A DNA stretch of 64,000 nt from the NCBI GenBank assembly GCA_963726245.1, contig CAVSBT010000017.1, positions 150,240 through 214,239 of the forward strand, given 5' to 3'. This DNA is from an uncultured Chloroflexia bacterium. Lineage in GTDB: Bacteria > Chloroflexota > Dehalococcoidia > DSTF01 > JALHUB01. Below are positions 53,502 to 64,000 of this stretch, in pieces. The notes beneath the pieces were generated by a model. The model ran no database searches. It was given only the letters and a program-made list of their open reading frames with translations, and had not been told where the DNA came from. Both the position numbers and the translations under genes were made by a program. Within the stretch, counting starts at the first letter, position 1, and each line of letters starts with the position of its first letter.

Positions 53502-53879
53502 TCACAACACGCTCCCCACGAGAAACAACGCCGCAACGGCGGTCTTCACGACTGGACAGATCTTCATGGGCAGAATCGATGTCCTCGCCCCGGTCAGCAG
53601 AGTCCATCCCGCCATAACAAGAAGCATCGCGGCCGATATCCTGTACACATTGAGGGAAGCGGAGTTCTGGGAACCGTCCAGAGCGGTGACAAGCAGCACG
53701 AGCAGGCCTATGAAGGATAGCGCTAGACCTTCCGCAGCCCACTCCATCGTTATGATTCGCCTGTTGTCCTCCGATATTGCCCCAAAACCGGCAACGACAG
53801 ACCTGGTTGGAGCAATGTGGGCGATCCCCCACAGAGTGATCACGGCACTGCCAAGGTACACCAGAATGTCAGACGCCAC
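53502..53879 (-). CDS. Small membrane protein between T-box and ileS
   Basis: GTG start with GAGGAG RBS; 125 aa, about four TM segments, LWGIAH, MEWAAEG, MKICPVVK. Confidence 0.72.
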   Translation of the reverse strand: MASDILVYLGSAVITLWGIAHIAPTRSVVAGFGAISEDNRRIITMEWAAEGLALSFIGLLVLLVTALDGSQNSASLNVYRISAAMLLVMAGWTLLTGARTSILPMKICPVVKTAVAALFLVGSVL

Positions 53880-53956
53880 GCTTGTTCTCCTCAGTCCCTT
53901 GGAGGATGGCCCAGGACGCAACCTTCCGCCAAGGTGTCCGAGCGACTCCTCTATGC

Positions 53957-54362
53957 GCAAAGGCCCGCCCCACAAAGGGACGGGCCGAGCCCGCGGTACC
54001 ACCCTGCTTGCCCGCTCGACCACCTATCGGCGGCCGGCGGCGGACCGCTCTGCCGGGGCACGCCCGAGCGCCTTACGGCGCGGGGTGATACCCCTGCCCT
54101 TGCTAACGGTGGGCGTTCCGGCCGAGCCTACTGGAGGCCTGGAACTTTGGAACATTGGAACATTGGAACAGGCCCCCCGGCACCGAGTCTCTGTTCCAAT
54201 GTTCTATTGCTCCATTGTTCCAGCGGCGCTCGTTCGGTCGGCGGCTCAGGAGGGATTTTCGGCCGGCGCCACCGTGTCCGCTTCCACCTTGCCCGCCTGA
54301 GGCGGGCCGCCGGACTCGCTGGCCGGCGCCACCGGCGTACTCGTCTCCGTCACAGCCTTTTC
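53957..54362 (-). promoter_or_regulatory. T-box riboswitch, Ile specifier (AUC)
   Basis: Minus strand: stem I GGCTGTGA..AGTA..CAGCGAG..GGTGGAAG..GAAAATC..TGAGCC (AUC at 54256-54254); stem II S-turn; CCGTTA; AGGGTGGTACCGCG; terminator GGCCCGTCCC-TTTGT-GGGGCGGGCC-TTT. Confidence 0.93.
54140..54222. repeat. Inverted arrays of 8-bp tandem repeats (TGGAACAT)
   Basis: TGGAACTT-TGGAACAT-TGGAACAT-TGGAACA ... TGTTCCAA-TGTTCTAT-TGCTCCAT-TGTTCCA. Confidence 0.8.
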
Positions 54363-54407
54363 GTGGTCGTAAGTGTAAGCGGCGGCTTCCGGCTGTGTCA
54401 ACGGGCG

Positions 54408-54710
54408 CTACCCCGGGCCCCAGCGGCGCACCGCCTCCAAGTACAGCTCCCGCACCCGCCGGCGCTGCTCCTCCGAGAGCAGCTCGCCGAAGAAGGCGAG
54501 GCGGTCTTCGAGATACGCCTCGGCGCTGGCGGCGTCGATCACGTCGTCGCTGGCGACTGCCTCCTCAAGGAGGCCGCGTGCCAGGCGCTCGAGTCGCTCA
54601 CCCAACAAGCCCCGAAGCCGCGCGGTATCGATGCCTCCGCCGTGCAGCTCTCCGTCTCCGAGGAGACGGGCCAACTGGGTGAGCTGGATGGGGCTGGGCG
54701 TCTCTGTCAT
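54408..54710 (-). CDS. Hypothetical helical protein
   Basis: 100-aa ORF from MTETPSPIQ with host-like codon usage. Confidence 0.6.
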   Translation of the reverse strand: MTETPSPIQLTQLARLLGDGELHGGGIDTARLRGLLGERLERLARGLLEEAVASDDVIDAASAEAYLEDRLAFFGELLSEEQRRRVRELYLEAVRRWGPG

Positions 54711-54817
54711 CGGGCGGCCTGCACCTGCCTGCCGGGAGGCATCGCTGGGAGAGTGAGAGCCGGTCGCTGGGGCCGGCTCCCGCTTATCATACAAGTCTGC
54801 GTGCGGACGCGGCTCGC

Positions 54818-55156
54818 CTAAGTCCGCCCCCGTATCTTCGTGTAGCAAGTGCTGCAGTACACGGGCCGGTCGCCGCGGGGAACGAAGGGCACCTCGGTCA
54901 TCATGCCGCACTCGGCGCAGGTAGCCGGGTGCATCTGGCGGGGCGTCTTGCCGCCGAAGCTGGCGAAGACGCCGTAGCGGACGTAGCCCTCTTCGCCCTC
55001 TTCGCTGCGCATAGACTTGCGCGCCGACCGACAGGAGGGACAGCGTACGGGTTCGTTCTGAAGGCCCTTGGCGGCGTAGAACTCCTGCTCGCCGGCCGTG
55101 AATGTGAAGTTGCCGCCGCAGTCGCGGCAAACCAGAGTCTTGTCCGCAGATGCCAA
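54818..55156 (-). CDS. Zinc-ribbon protein (zf-trcl + CxxC-x17-CxxC domains)
   Basis: DKTLVCRDCG..FTAGEQEFY..PVRCPSCR; CAECG..VPF.P...RPVYCSTC; TTG start inferred from RBS. Confidence 0.88.
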   Translation of the reverse strand: MASADKTLVCRDCGGNFTFTAGEQEFYAAKGLQNEPVRCPSCRSARKSMRSEEGEEGYVRYGVFASFGGKTPRQMHPATCAECGMMTEVPFVPRGDRPVYCSTCYTKIRGRT

Positions 55157-55428
55157 TGTTATCGCCGTCCTCTCCCCAATCGGGGACAATATTTGGCGGC
55201 CGTCCGACTAATCGGGCACGGCCGCTGATCTCGGCCCAACCCCGCGCACGAGCGTATTATACGCCCGCCTGCCGGCCCCAGGCAATCATTGTTGGTTGCC
55301 GTCCAAAAGCTTGATCGCTATGGATGGCCTTGCTAGACTCCGCACTGGGGGAGGCCTTTTGGCCTCCCCGAAGTACGCCTTGAGCGCTCGAAAAGAGTGC
55401 GACGGGGCAATATGGAGGACGGTGGGAT

Positions 55429-57654
<2,226 letters not shown>

Positions 57655-57675
57655 CGCCGAAACGTTTACCGAACA

Positions 57676-57705
57676 ACGAAGGCCAGGCTCCAAGCCTGGC
57701 CTTCG
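57676..57705 (+). terminator. Putative terminator hairpin after hppA
   Basis: CGAAGGCCAGGCT-CCA-AGCCTGGCCTTCG; weak U tail. Confidence 0.55.
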
Positions 57706-57731
57706 TCTATAGGGCTGCGCAACATGCGAAA

Positions 57732-57759
57732 GTAGGGGCGCACGGCCGTGCGCCCCTAC
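57732..57759. repeat. REP-like perfect palindrome
   Basis: GTAGGGGCGCACGGCCGTGCGCCCCTAC. Confidence 0.75.
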
Positions 57760-57780
57760 TTAGACGGCGGTTAGGCGGCG

Positions 57781-58281
57781 CTAAGGGGTGTCCGCCAGGC
57801 ACATCTGAGGCAGACCATCCGCCTCAGCCCCCAGGTGCAACGTGGCTACGAGCCCCTGGACGAGCGTCTGACGCTCAGTCGAAGACAGCCTGGCCCCGGG
57901 ATGCAGCAGACGGTACTGGATGGGCGGCATCTCGCCCTCGTCCACCTGTTCCGCCGCATGTTCCGCATGTGGGTGCGGGCGGTCCCACTCTGAGAAGTTG
58001 AGCCTCGCCCGCCCGTTGTCGACATCGCGCTGAACGAGCCAGGAAGCAGGCGCGATGTTGCTGTACCAGGGCCAGTGGACCTGGTTGCTGTGGCAGTCGA
58101 AGCAGGCGGAGACTGCCAGGGCGCGCGTCTGGGGGCTGTCCCAGGCCGGCTCCTGTGTGACCGGCGGGTTTGAGTGATCGCGGCCGTAAGGAATCGTCTG
58201 AATGAGCAGGAACAGGAGAAAAGCGCCCCCCAAACCCCAGATGGCCACGGTCTTGAACCTCGGGAACCTTCTTGGCCACAT
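57781..58281 (-). CDS. Haem-binding domain c-type cytochrome
   Basis: N-terminal TM, CFDCHSN, WPWYS, LNFSEW, EMPP. Confidence 0.87.
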   Translation of the reverse strand: MWPRRFPRFKTVAIWGLGGAFLLFLLIQTIPYGRDHSNPPVTQEPAWDSPQTRALAVSACFDCHSNQVHWPWYSNIAPASWLVQRDVDNGRARLNFSEWDRPHPHAEHAAEQVDEGEMPPIQYRLLHPGARLSSTERQTLVQGLVATLHLGAEADGLPQMCLADTP

Positions 58282-58325
58282 GTCGCATCTCCTTGTCGAC
58301 GGGCTGGCTCTCGCCAGGTGCCATG

Positions 58326-59438
58326 CTACGTGAGGCTGCGCGGGAACGCTGTCAGAACGGTGTAGCCTTCCGCCGTCACGAGCACCGTGTCCTCCACTCG
58401 CACGCCGAAGTCGCCCAGGTAGAGCCCGCAGTTGCCCACGGCGATGACCGTGTTCGCCTCAAGCGGCGACGGCGCCTTCTCGCCGTGGAAGAAGGCGTGG
58501 CCCGGCGGCAGGGGCGCCTCTTCGAACTCGATGCCCACACCATGGATGGGAGGCCCGAAGATGTGGTCGCCGTGCCCCGCCTCCTTGAGCACTTCATGCA
58601 GGGTCTGCTCTAGCTCGGCCACGCCAACACCGGCTTTGACCCTGGCGATCGTGGTCTGTTGTGCCTTCAGATACAGATCGTAGGCAGCCTGCTGCTCGGC
58701 CGCCGGCTTGCCCACGCAGACCGTGCGGCACATGTCCGCGCTGTAGCCGTTGACGATGGGGTGGATGTCGATCATCACCAAATCGCCGGGTTCCAGCCTG
58801 CGCGCCGTCGGCAGCCCGTGGGCGATGTTCGTGCGTGGCCCGGAGGACACGTAGGTGCGCCAGAAGTCCTCGGCGCCGGCCTGTCGCATGGCGTACTCGG
58901 CCTCGGCGGCCACCTGGCTTTCCGTGATGCCCGGCTTAATCGCTTCCACCGCTGCCCTCATGCCGGCCTCAGCCACCTTGGCCGCTCCTCTGATGCGTTC
59001 GATCTCCTCGCCATCCTTGACGATGCGCAGCGCCGACATGACGTGCGTGCAGTCCTTGACCGCGACCTTTTCCGGCTTGGCGTGGGGATGTGTCACCATG
59101 GCCATCATGGACTGGGTGAGGAAGGTGTACTCCAGACCCACCGCGCCCTTGCTGATGCCGAAATGCTCGAAGTGGTGGGCGATGGCGTGAATCATGCCCA
59201 CCTCATCCTCAAACCCGACGATGTGGTCGAAGTGCGCGAGTTGCCTCACGTCGTCAACGTCGGTCTTGGGCACGCCGAGGGCCGCCTTCCCGTCCTGGGT
59301 GATCATGGCATAGGCGCACAGGCGACCATCGCCCGTGAGATAGAACATGTTTGAGGGTTTCGTCAGGAGGAGCGCGTCGATGCCGGCTTCCGCCATCAGC
59401 CGGCCGGCCTTCTTCCGTCGTTGCTCGTGGTCTGTCAT
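58326..59438 (-). CDS. Xaa-Pro peptidase (M24 family)
   Basis: NMFYLTG, IAHG, D..GYSADMCRT, HGVG, GVRVEDTV. Confidence 0.88.
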   Translation of the reverse strand: MTDHEQRRKKAGRLMAEAGIDALLLTKPSNMFYLTGDGRLCAYAMITQDGKAALGVPKTDVDDVRQLAHFDHIVGFEDEVGMIHAIAHHFEHFGISKGAVGLEYTFLTQSMMAMVTHPHAKPEKVAVKDCTHVMSALRIVKDGEEIERIRGAAKVAEAGMRAAVEAIKPGITESQVAAEAEYAMRQAGAEDFWRTYVSSGPRTNIAHGLPTARRLEPGDLVMIDIHPIVNGYSADMCRTVCVGKPAAEQQAAYDLYLKAQQTTIARVKAGVGVAELEQTLHEVLKEAGHGDHIFGPPIHGVGIEFEEAPLPPGHAFFHGEKAPSPLEANTVIAVGNCGLYLGDFGVRVEDTVLVTAEGYTVLTAFPRSLT

Positions 59439-59602
59439 CGTTCATCTCCTCGTGACGGTCATAACGCATTTGACCCGTTCGTCTGCCGAGGCGGTCAGTC
59501 GGTTGTCGGCCGGGGCGGCTGCCGGGTCAGGCAGGCGGGCCGTCTAGGAGACTTCTACCCGTAGATAGCACGGGCGTCAAGGGGCGGCCGGAAAGGCGAC
59601 CC

Positions 59603-60259
59603 CTAGTCCAGACTGAACCCCATCATGGCCCGGGGGTGGAGGATGAACGGGTTGTGCTGCTTTTCCTCGCCGATGGTGCTGGTAGGCCCGTGGCCCGGCA
59701 ACACAAGCGTGTCGTCCGGCAAAACGAGGAGCTTGTCGCGGATGCTTTGCAGGAGGACGCGGCCGTCGCCTCCCGGCAGGTCGAAGCGCCCGATGCCCGA
59801 CTGGAAGAGCACGTCGCCGGTGAAGACGATGCCTTCGCCGAAGAAGCAGAGGTGGCCGGGGGCATGGCCCGGGCAGTAGAGCACCTGGAATCGCAGGTCG
59901 CCGATCGCCAGCTCGTCGCCGTCGTCGATGAGCTGCTCGGGCTGGGTGATCGGCGCCGGAGGCTTGCCCGTCATGTACGCAAGCAGGCTGGACTGGTCAT
60001 CGGCGGCCGCGAAGGCGTCGCGGTGCATGGCCAGGGGCGCCTGGGAGGCGTCTCGGAGGGTCTGCACGGCCCCAATGTGGTCGATGTGGGTGTGCGTACA
60101 GGCGATGAGCTTGACGGTGAGCTTGTGGCGCTCCAGAGTCGCCAGGATGTGCTCCAGGTCGTCGCCGGGGTCCACGACCAGGGCCTCGCGGCTGCGCTCG
60201 CACCCCGCGACGAAGCAGTTCTCCTGGAACATCCCCGTGACCAATCCCTGGAGTATCAT
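59603..60259 (-). CDS. MBL-fold metallo-hydrolase (glyoxalase II-like)
   Basis: THTHIDH, PGHAPG, GDVLF, PGHG. Confidence 0.92.
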   Translation of the reverse strand: MILQGLVTGMFQENCFVAGCERSREALVVDPGDDLEHILATLERHKLTVKLIACTHTHIDHIGAVQTLRDASQAPLAMHRDAFAAADDQSSLLAYMTGKPPAPITQPEQLIDDGDELAIGDLRFQVLYCPGHAPGHLCFFGEGIVFTGDVLFQSGIGRFDLPGGDGRVLLQSIRDKLLVLPDDTLVLPGHGPTSTIGEEKQHNPFILHPRAMMGFSLD

Positions 60260-60327
60260 GGCCTCTCCAGCTATTTTGCCCTCTTGCGTTCCGCGGGGCA
60301 ATCCCGCCAGGAAGGGTATCCGGCAGC

Positions 60328-61813
60328 ATGGCTGCCAAGACCCTGAACCCAACTCACCATCTGGTCGATAATTATCAAGGGACGTTCGTTAATCAGATAC
60401 GACCCTGCGTCTCGCCCCGAACCGCACGAGGAGGTTGCACCCTGCCCTCGTCAGGCGCTTCCAAGAGCCCCAAGCCCCGCTATGACGCCGGTCCGGCCCG
60501 CGTCGCGCCGCCGACCGTCGAGCCGCAGCGTCTCCCTGTCCTGGAACCGGCCGAGGTCGTGGTCGCGCTCTCACAGGGCCTGGACCTGGCGGAAGGGCGA
60601 CTCATGGGCCATGCCCAGCGCGTCTGCTACATCGCTTCCGTCCTGGCCCTGGAGGTAGGACTGAGCAGCGAGGAGCGCCTGGCCCTCTTCTACGCTGCCC
60701 TCTTCCATGACATCGGCGTCTCCATAGCCTCGCCGAGCCTCACGACCCTGATCGGTGTCGCCGAGGACGACCTCTTTGCCGCTTCGCCTCTCCGGTCTCC
60801 GGAGCAACTGGCGGGCGAAATGGCCCCCGGCGCGTTCCAGACCGTGGTTCAAACGTTTCACCAGCACTCGCTGCTGGGGGCGCGTGCCATCGCCGGGCTC
60901 AACCTGCCGGCCCCGGTCACCGACATCGTCCTCGCCCACCACGAGCGATGGGACGGCGCCGGCTATCCGGCGGGCCTGGAGGGCGAGGAGATACCATTCG
61001 CGGCCCGCGTTCTGGCCCTGGCCGATCACGCCGAGACGTTGATCGCCGCTGAGACCAGCCCCCTGGCCGCGCGAAGGAGCCTGGTGCCCTCGCTGCGGCA
61101 GCTTTCCGGCGCCGCCCTCGATCCGGCCCTGGTGCACGAGGCAGTGAAGCTCTGTCGCCGCGATAACTTCTGGCTGGGGCTCTATGGCGAGGAGCTGGCC
61201 GAGGCTCTCCTGGTCCTCCGCCCCGCTGAGCCGCCGCGGCGCGACAAGCGGCTGCTGCTGCGCTTCGCCAGCGCCTTCGCGTCGCTGGTGGATGCTCGCA
61301 GCCAGTACATGCTGGGCCATTCGCAGCGGGTGGCGGAGGATTCGCAGCGACTGGCTCGGGCCCTCGGCCTCAGCGCGGAGCACGCCCAAGCGGTACGGGT
61401 GGCGGCCCTCCTCCATGACCTGGGCCGTCTCGGTGTGCCGCCGCGGGTCATCGCCAAGGCCGATATCCTGAACGTGGGCGAGATGCACCTTCTGCGACAG
61501 CACCCCAGCCTACTCGCGGCACATCCTGGAGGGACTGCGGGGGATGGAAGAGGTCGCCCTTTGGGTGGGCGCCCACCACGAGCGGCCCGATGGCAGGGGC
61601 TACCCGGAGATGATGAACGGGCCCGAGATCCCGCTCGAGGCCCGCATAATCGGGATAGCGAACGTCTACGTCGCACTCACGGCCGACCGGCCGTATCGGG
61701 TCGGCCTGCGCCGCGTCGACGCCCTGAAGGTGATGGAGGGGGCGGCTGGCACTCAGCTCGACCCTGAGCTGGTGCGCCTCTTCTGTTCCCTGAAGGCTAA
61801 AGCCCGCTCCTAG
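60328..61813 (+). CDS. Tandem HD-GYP phosphodiesterase (frameshift near 61510; start uncertain)
   Basis: HAQRV/HDIG/HHERWDGAGYP and HSQRV/HDLG/HHERPDGRGYP, DRPYR. Confidence 0.88.
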
Positions 61814-62154
61814 GTCTTCTCGAACCGCTCCACCGGCAGCACGAACACAATGGCGCCGCCCACGCGGACCTCGATGGGCTCCGTGAGCACCGCCGCCTCG
61901 CCAAGGAGGGGCAATGCCTGCAGGGGGACGTGCTCGGTGCGCGCGCGGCACTCGACACGAACGGCGGTCAGGACAGCTTCAACCTCGCCCGCCTCGACGC
62001 CGGAGAGGATGGTGGCATTGCCCCGTCGCAGGAAGCCGCTCGTGCTGCCAATCTTCGTCGCCGGGTATCCCTGCTCCACCAATCGATGCATCAGGCGGTC
62101 GGCGTCGGCATCGGAAGCGATGACGACCACCAGCTTAAGGGGCGGAGGCTGCAT
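61810..62154 (-). CDS. darA: PII-like c-di-AMP receptor (DarA/PstA, DUF970)
   Basis: TKIGSTSGFLRRGNATIL, VGGAIVFVLPVE. Confidence 0.88.
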   Translation of the reverse strand: MQPPPLKLVVVIASDADADRLMHRLVEQGYPATKIGSTSGFLRRGNATILSGVEAGEVEAVLTAVRVECRARTEHVPLQALPLLGEAAVLTEPIEVRVGGAIVFVLPVERFEKT

Positions 62155-62238
62155 GCGACCCCCTTCCGTGAGATCAGTGGCGGTCGTCTCGCGCACCCGG
62201 CCCGGCGCCAGTGGCCCTGGCCGGGTGTCGTCCAAAGG

Positions 62239-62400
62239 CTAGCTCTCCTCGCCGGCGATTGATTCCTCTGACCGACGAGCCCGCTGCCTGACGCGCTCCA
62301 TGATGATGCTGCGGGTCTCGCTGCCCGGCTGCGGCGCTACGGCGAGCGCCACGAACGCGCCAATCAACGTCCCCAGAGCGAATCCTATCAGGAATCGCAT
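62239..62400 (-). CDS. 53-aa YtxH-like protein (absent from ORF track)
   Basis: [53 protein letters not shown]; AGGAGG upstream. Confidence 0.78.
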   Translation of the reverse strand: MRFLIGFALGTLIGAFVALAVAPQPGSETRSIIMERVRQRARRSEESIAGEES

Positions 62401-62623
62401 CTCCCGCACCTCCTTGTGTCAACGTCCTGCGCCAAGAGTGCGGAAACCAAGCCACATCCACGCTCCGCCGAGGTTTGGCCTGGAATCTCAGAATCATCGT
62501 AGCACGCTGGCCGAGCCTGCTGTCAATACGGATGAGCACGCCTCTCGAAGCCGTCTGCCTTTACTGACGCGGGGCAAGCTGATAACCTCGCTCGCAGACG
62601 CGGGTCGTGATTGGAGGCGACAG

Positions 62624-64000
62624 GTGAGCAACGAATCGGGCGGCACCCGCCTGGACATGGAGACTCTGGTTTCCCTCTGCAAGAGGCGGGGCTTCGTCTT
62701 TCAGAGCAGTGAGATCTACGGCGGACTGGGTGGATTCTGGGACTACGGGCCGCTGGGCGTCGAGCTCAAGAACAACATCAAGCGCGCCTGGTGGAAGGCT
62801 GTGGTGCAGGAGCGCGACGACATCGTCGGCCTGGACGCCTCCATCCTCATGAACCCTCGCGTCTGGGTGGCCAGCGGCCACGTCGACACCTTCGCCGACC
62901 CTATGGTGGACTGCAAGGACTGCAAGAAGCGCTTTCGCGCCGACGACCTCCCGGCGCAGGCTGGTGAGCCTCCGGCTGAGGGGCGCCAAGTCGCGGCGGG
63001 CGCCCACGGTCACGCCGCCGGCGGCGGCGCTGCCCGCTGCCCGGAGTGCGGCGGCGAGCTCACCGAGCCCCGCATGTTCAACCTGATGTTCAAGACCTTC
63101 GTCGGGCCGGTCGAGGAGCAGGCCAGCGCCGTCTACCTGCGGCCGGAGACGGCGCAGGGCATGTTCGTCAACTTCGACAACGTGCTCACCGCCATGCGTC
63201 GCAAGCTCCCCTTCGGCATGGCCCAGATCGGCAAGGCCTTCCGCAACGAGATCACGCCCGGCAACTTCATCTTCCGCGACCGGGAGTTCGAGCAGATGGA
63301 GATCGAGTACTTCGTGAAGCCGGGCACCGACGAAGATTGGCACCGCCACTGGGTGGACGCGCGCCGTAACTGGTACCTGGGCCTCGGCATCCGCGAGGAG
63401 AACCTGCGCGTCCGCCGCCTCGACAAGGAGGAGCTGGCCCACTACGCCAAGGACACCTACGAGGTGGAGTACCTCTTCCCCATGGGCTGGTCGGAGCTGG
63501 AGGGGATCGCCAACCGCACCGACTTCGACCTCCGCCGCCACGCCGAGTTCGCCGGCCGCCAGCTCACCTACTTCGACGATGAGTCGGGCGAGCACATCGT
63601 GCCCTACGTCATCGAGCCGTCGGCGGGCGTGGACCGCTGCTTCCTGGCCGTCCTCTTCGACGGCTACCACGAGGAGACGGTGCGCGGCGAGAAGCGGGTG
63701 CTCCTGCGCATCCATCCCTCTCTGGCGCCGGTGAAGGCGGCCATCCTCCCCCTCAGCCGCCACGAGTCGCTGGTGCCGCCGGCGCGGAAGGTGTGGGAGC
63801 TTCTGCGGCCCCACTGGATGACCCACTACGACGACTCGCAGAGCATCGGGCGGCGCTACCGTCGCCAGGACGAGGTGGGCACCCCCTTCTGTGTCACCGT
63901 GGACTTCGACACCCTGGAGGACCAGGCGGTCACCATCCGCGAGCGCGACAGCATGGACCAGGTGCGCGTCCCGATAGCGGGGCTGGTGGAGGCGCTTCGG
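62624..64000 (+). CDS. glyQS: Glycine--tRNA ligase, homodimeric type (runs off window)
   Basis: [65 protein letters not shown]. Confidence 0.96.
   Translation, partial: MSNESGGTRLDMETLVSLCKRRGFVFQSSEIYGGLGGFWDYGPLGVELKNNIKRAWWKAVVQERDDIVGLDASILMNPRVWVASGHVDTFADPMVDCKDCKKRFRADDLPAQAGEPPAEGRQVAAGAHGHAAGGGAARCPECGGELTEPRMFNLMFKTFVGPVEEQASAVYLRPETAQGMFVNFDNVLTAMRRKLPFGMAQIGKAFRNEITPGNFIFRDREFEQMEIEYFVKPGTDEDWHRHWVDARRNWYLGLGIREENLRVRRLDKEELAHYAKDTYEVEYLFPMGWSELEGIANRTDFDLRRHAEFAGRQLTYFDDESGEHIVPYVIEPSAGVDRCFLAVLFDGYHEETVRGEKRVLLRIHPSLAPVKAAILPLSRHESLVPPARKVWELLRPHWMTHYDDSQSIGRRYRRQDEVGTPFCVTVDFDTLEDQAVTIRERDSMDQVRVPIAGLVEALR

Noticed and set aside
54140-54222. Possible CRISPR array
   Set aside because: Only 8-bp tandem units with no spacers; no cas genes in the window.
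62401-62623. T-box upstream of glyQS (also checked upstream of proS)
   Set aside because: No GGTGGNACC antiterminator motif found.

Overview
High-GC bacterial chromosomal window. Gene content and GAAC-N4-GTTC LexA boxes suggest Chloroflexota, possibly Dehalococcoidia-like (inference). It is mostly housekeeping and metabolic DNA: [NiFe]-hydrogenase maturation genes (hypA-F-C-D-E), proS, a lipB-lipA-lpdA-pdhA-pdhB-pdhC operon, murI, an acyl-CoA/beta-oxidation-like cluster with MarR, holA, lexA, cvpA-rodZ-like-rimO, mtaB, scpB, tyrA-aroA-remA-gmk, T-box-controlled ileS, a membrane H+-PPase, a tandem HD-GYP protein, a DarA-like c-di-AMP receptor and glyQS. Many genes, including essential ones, carry single-base frameshifts that are most likely long-read assembly errors. 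No CRISPR array, tRNA/rRNA or transposase was found. Most notable: (1) a translationally coupled array of four alpha/beta-hydrolase-adenylate cyclase fusions, two with and two without hydrolase catalytic residues; (2) a ~450-nt highly structured, apparently non-coding region before holA; (3) a LexA-boxed mini-operon encoding an unannotated 39-aa zinc-ribbon peptide and a 69-aa membrane protein; (4) a switch-like structured leader in front of the lipoate/PDH operon; (5) an Ile T-box with a repeat insertion and a passenger gene between it and ileS.
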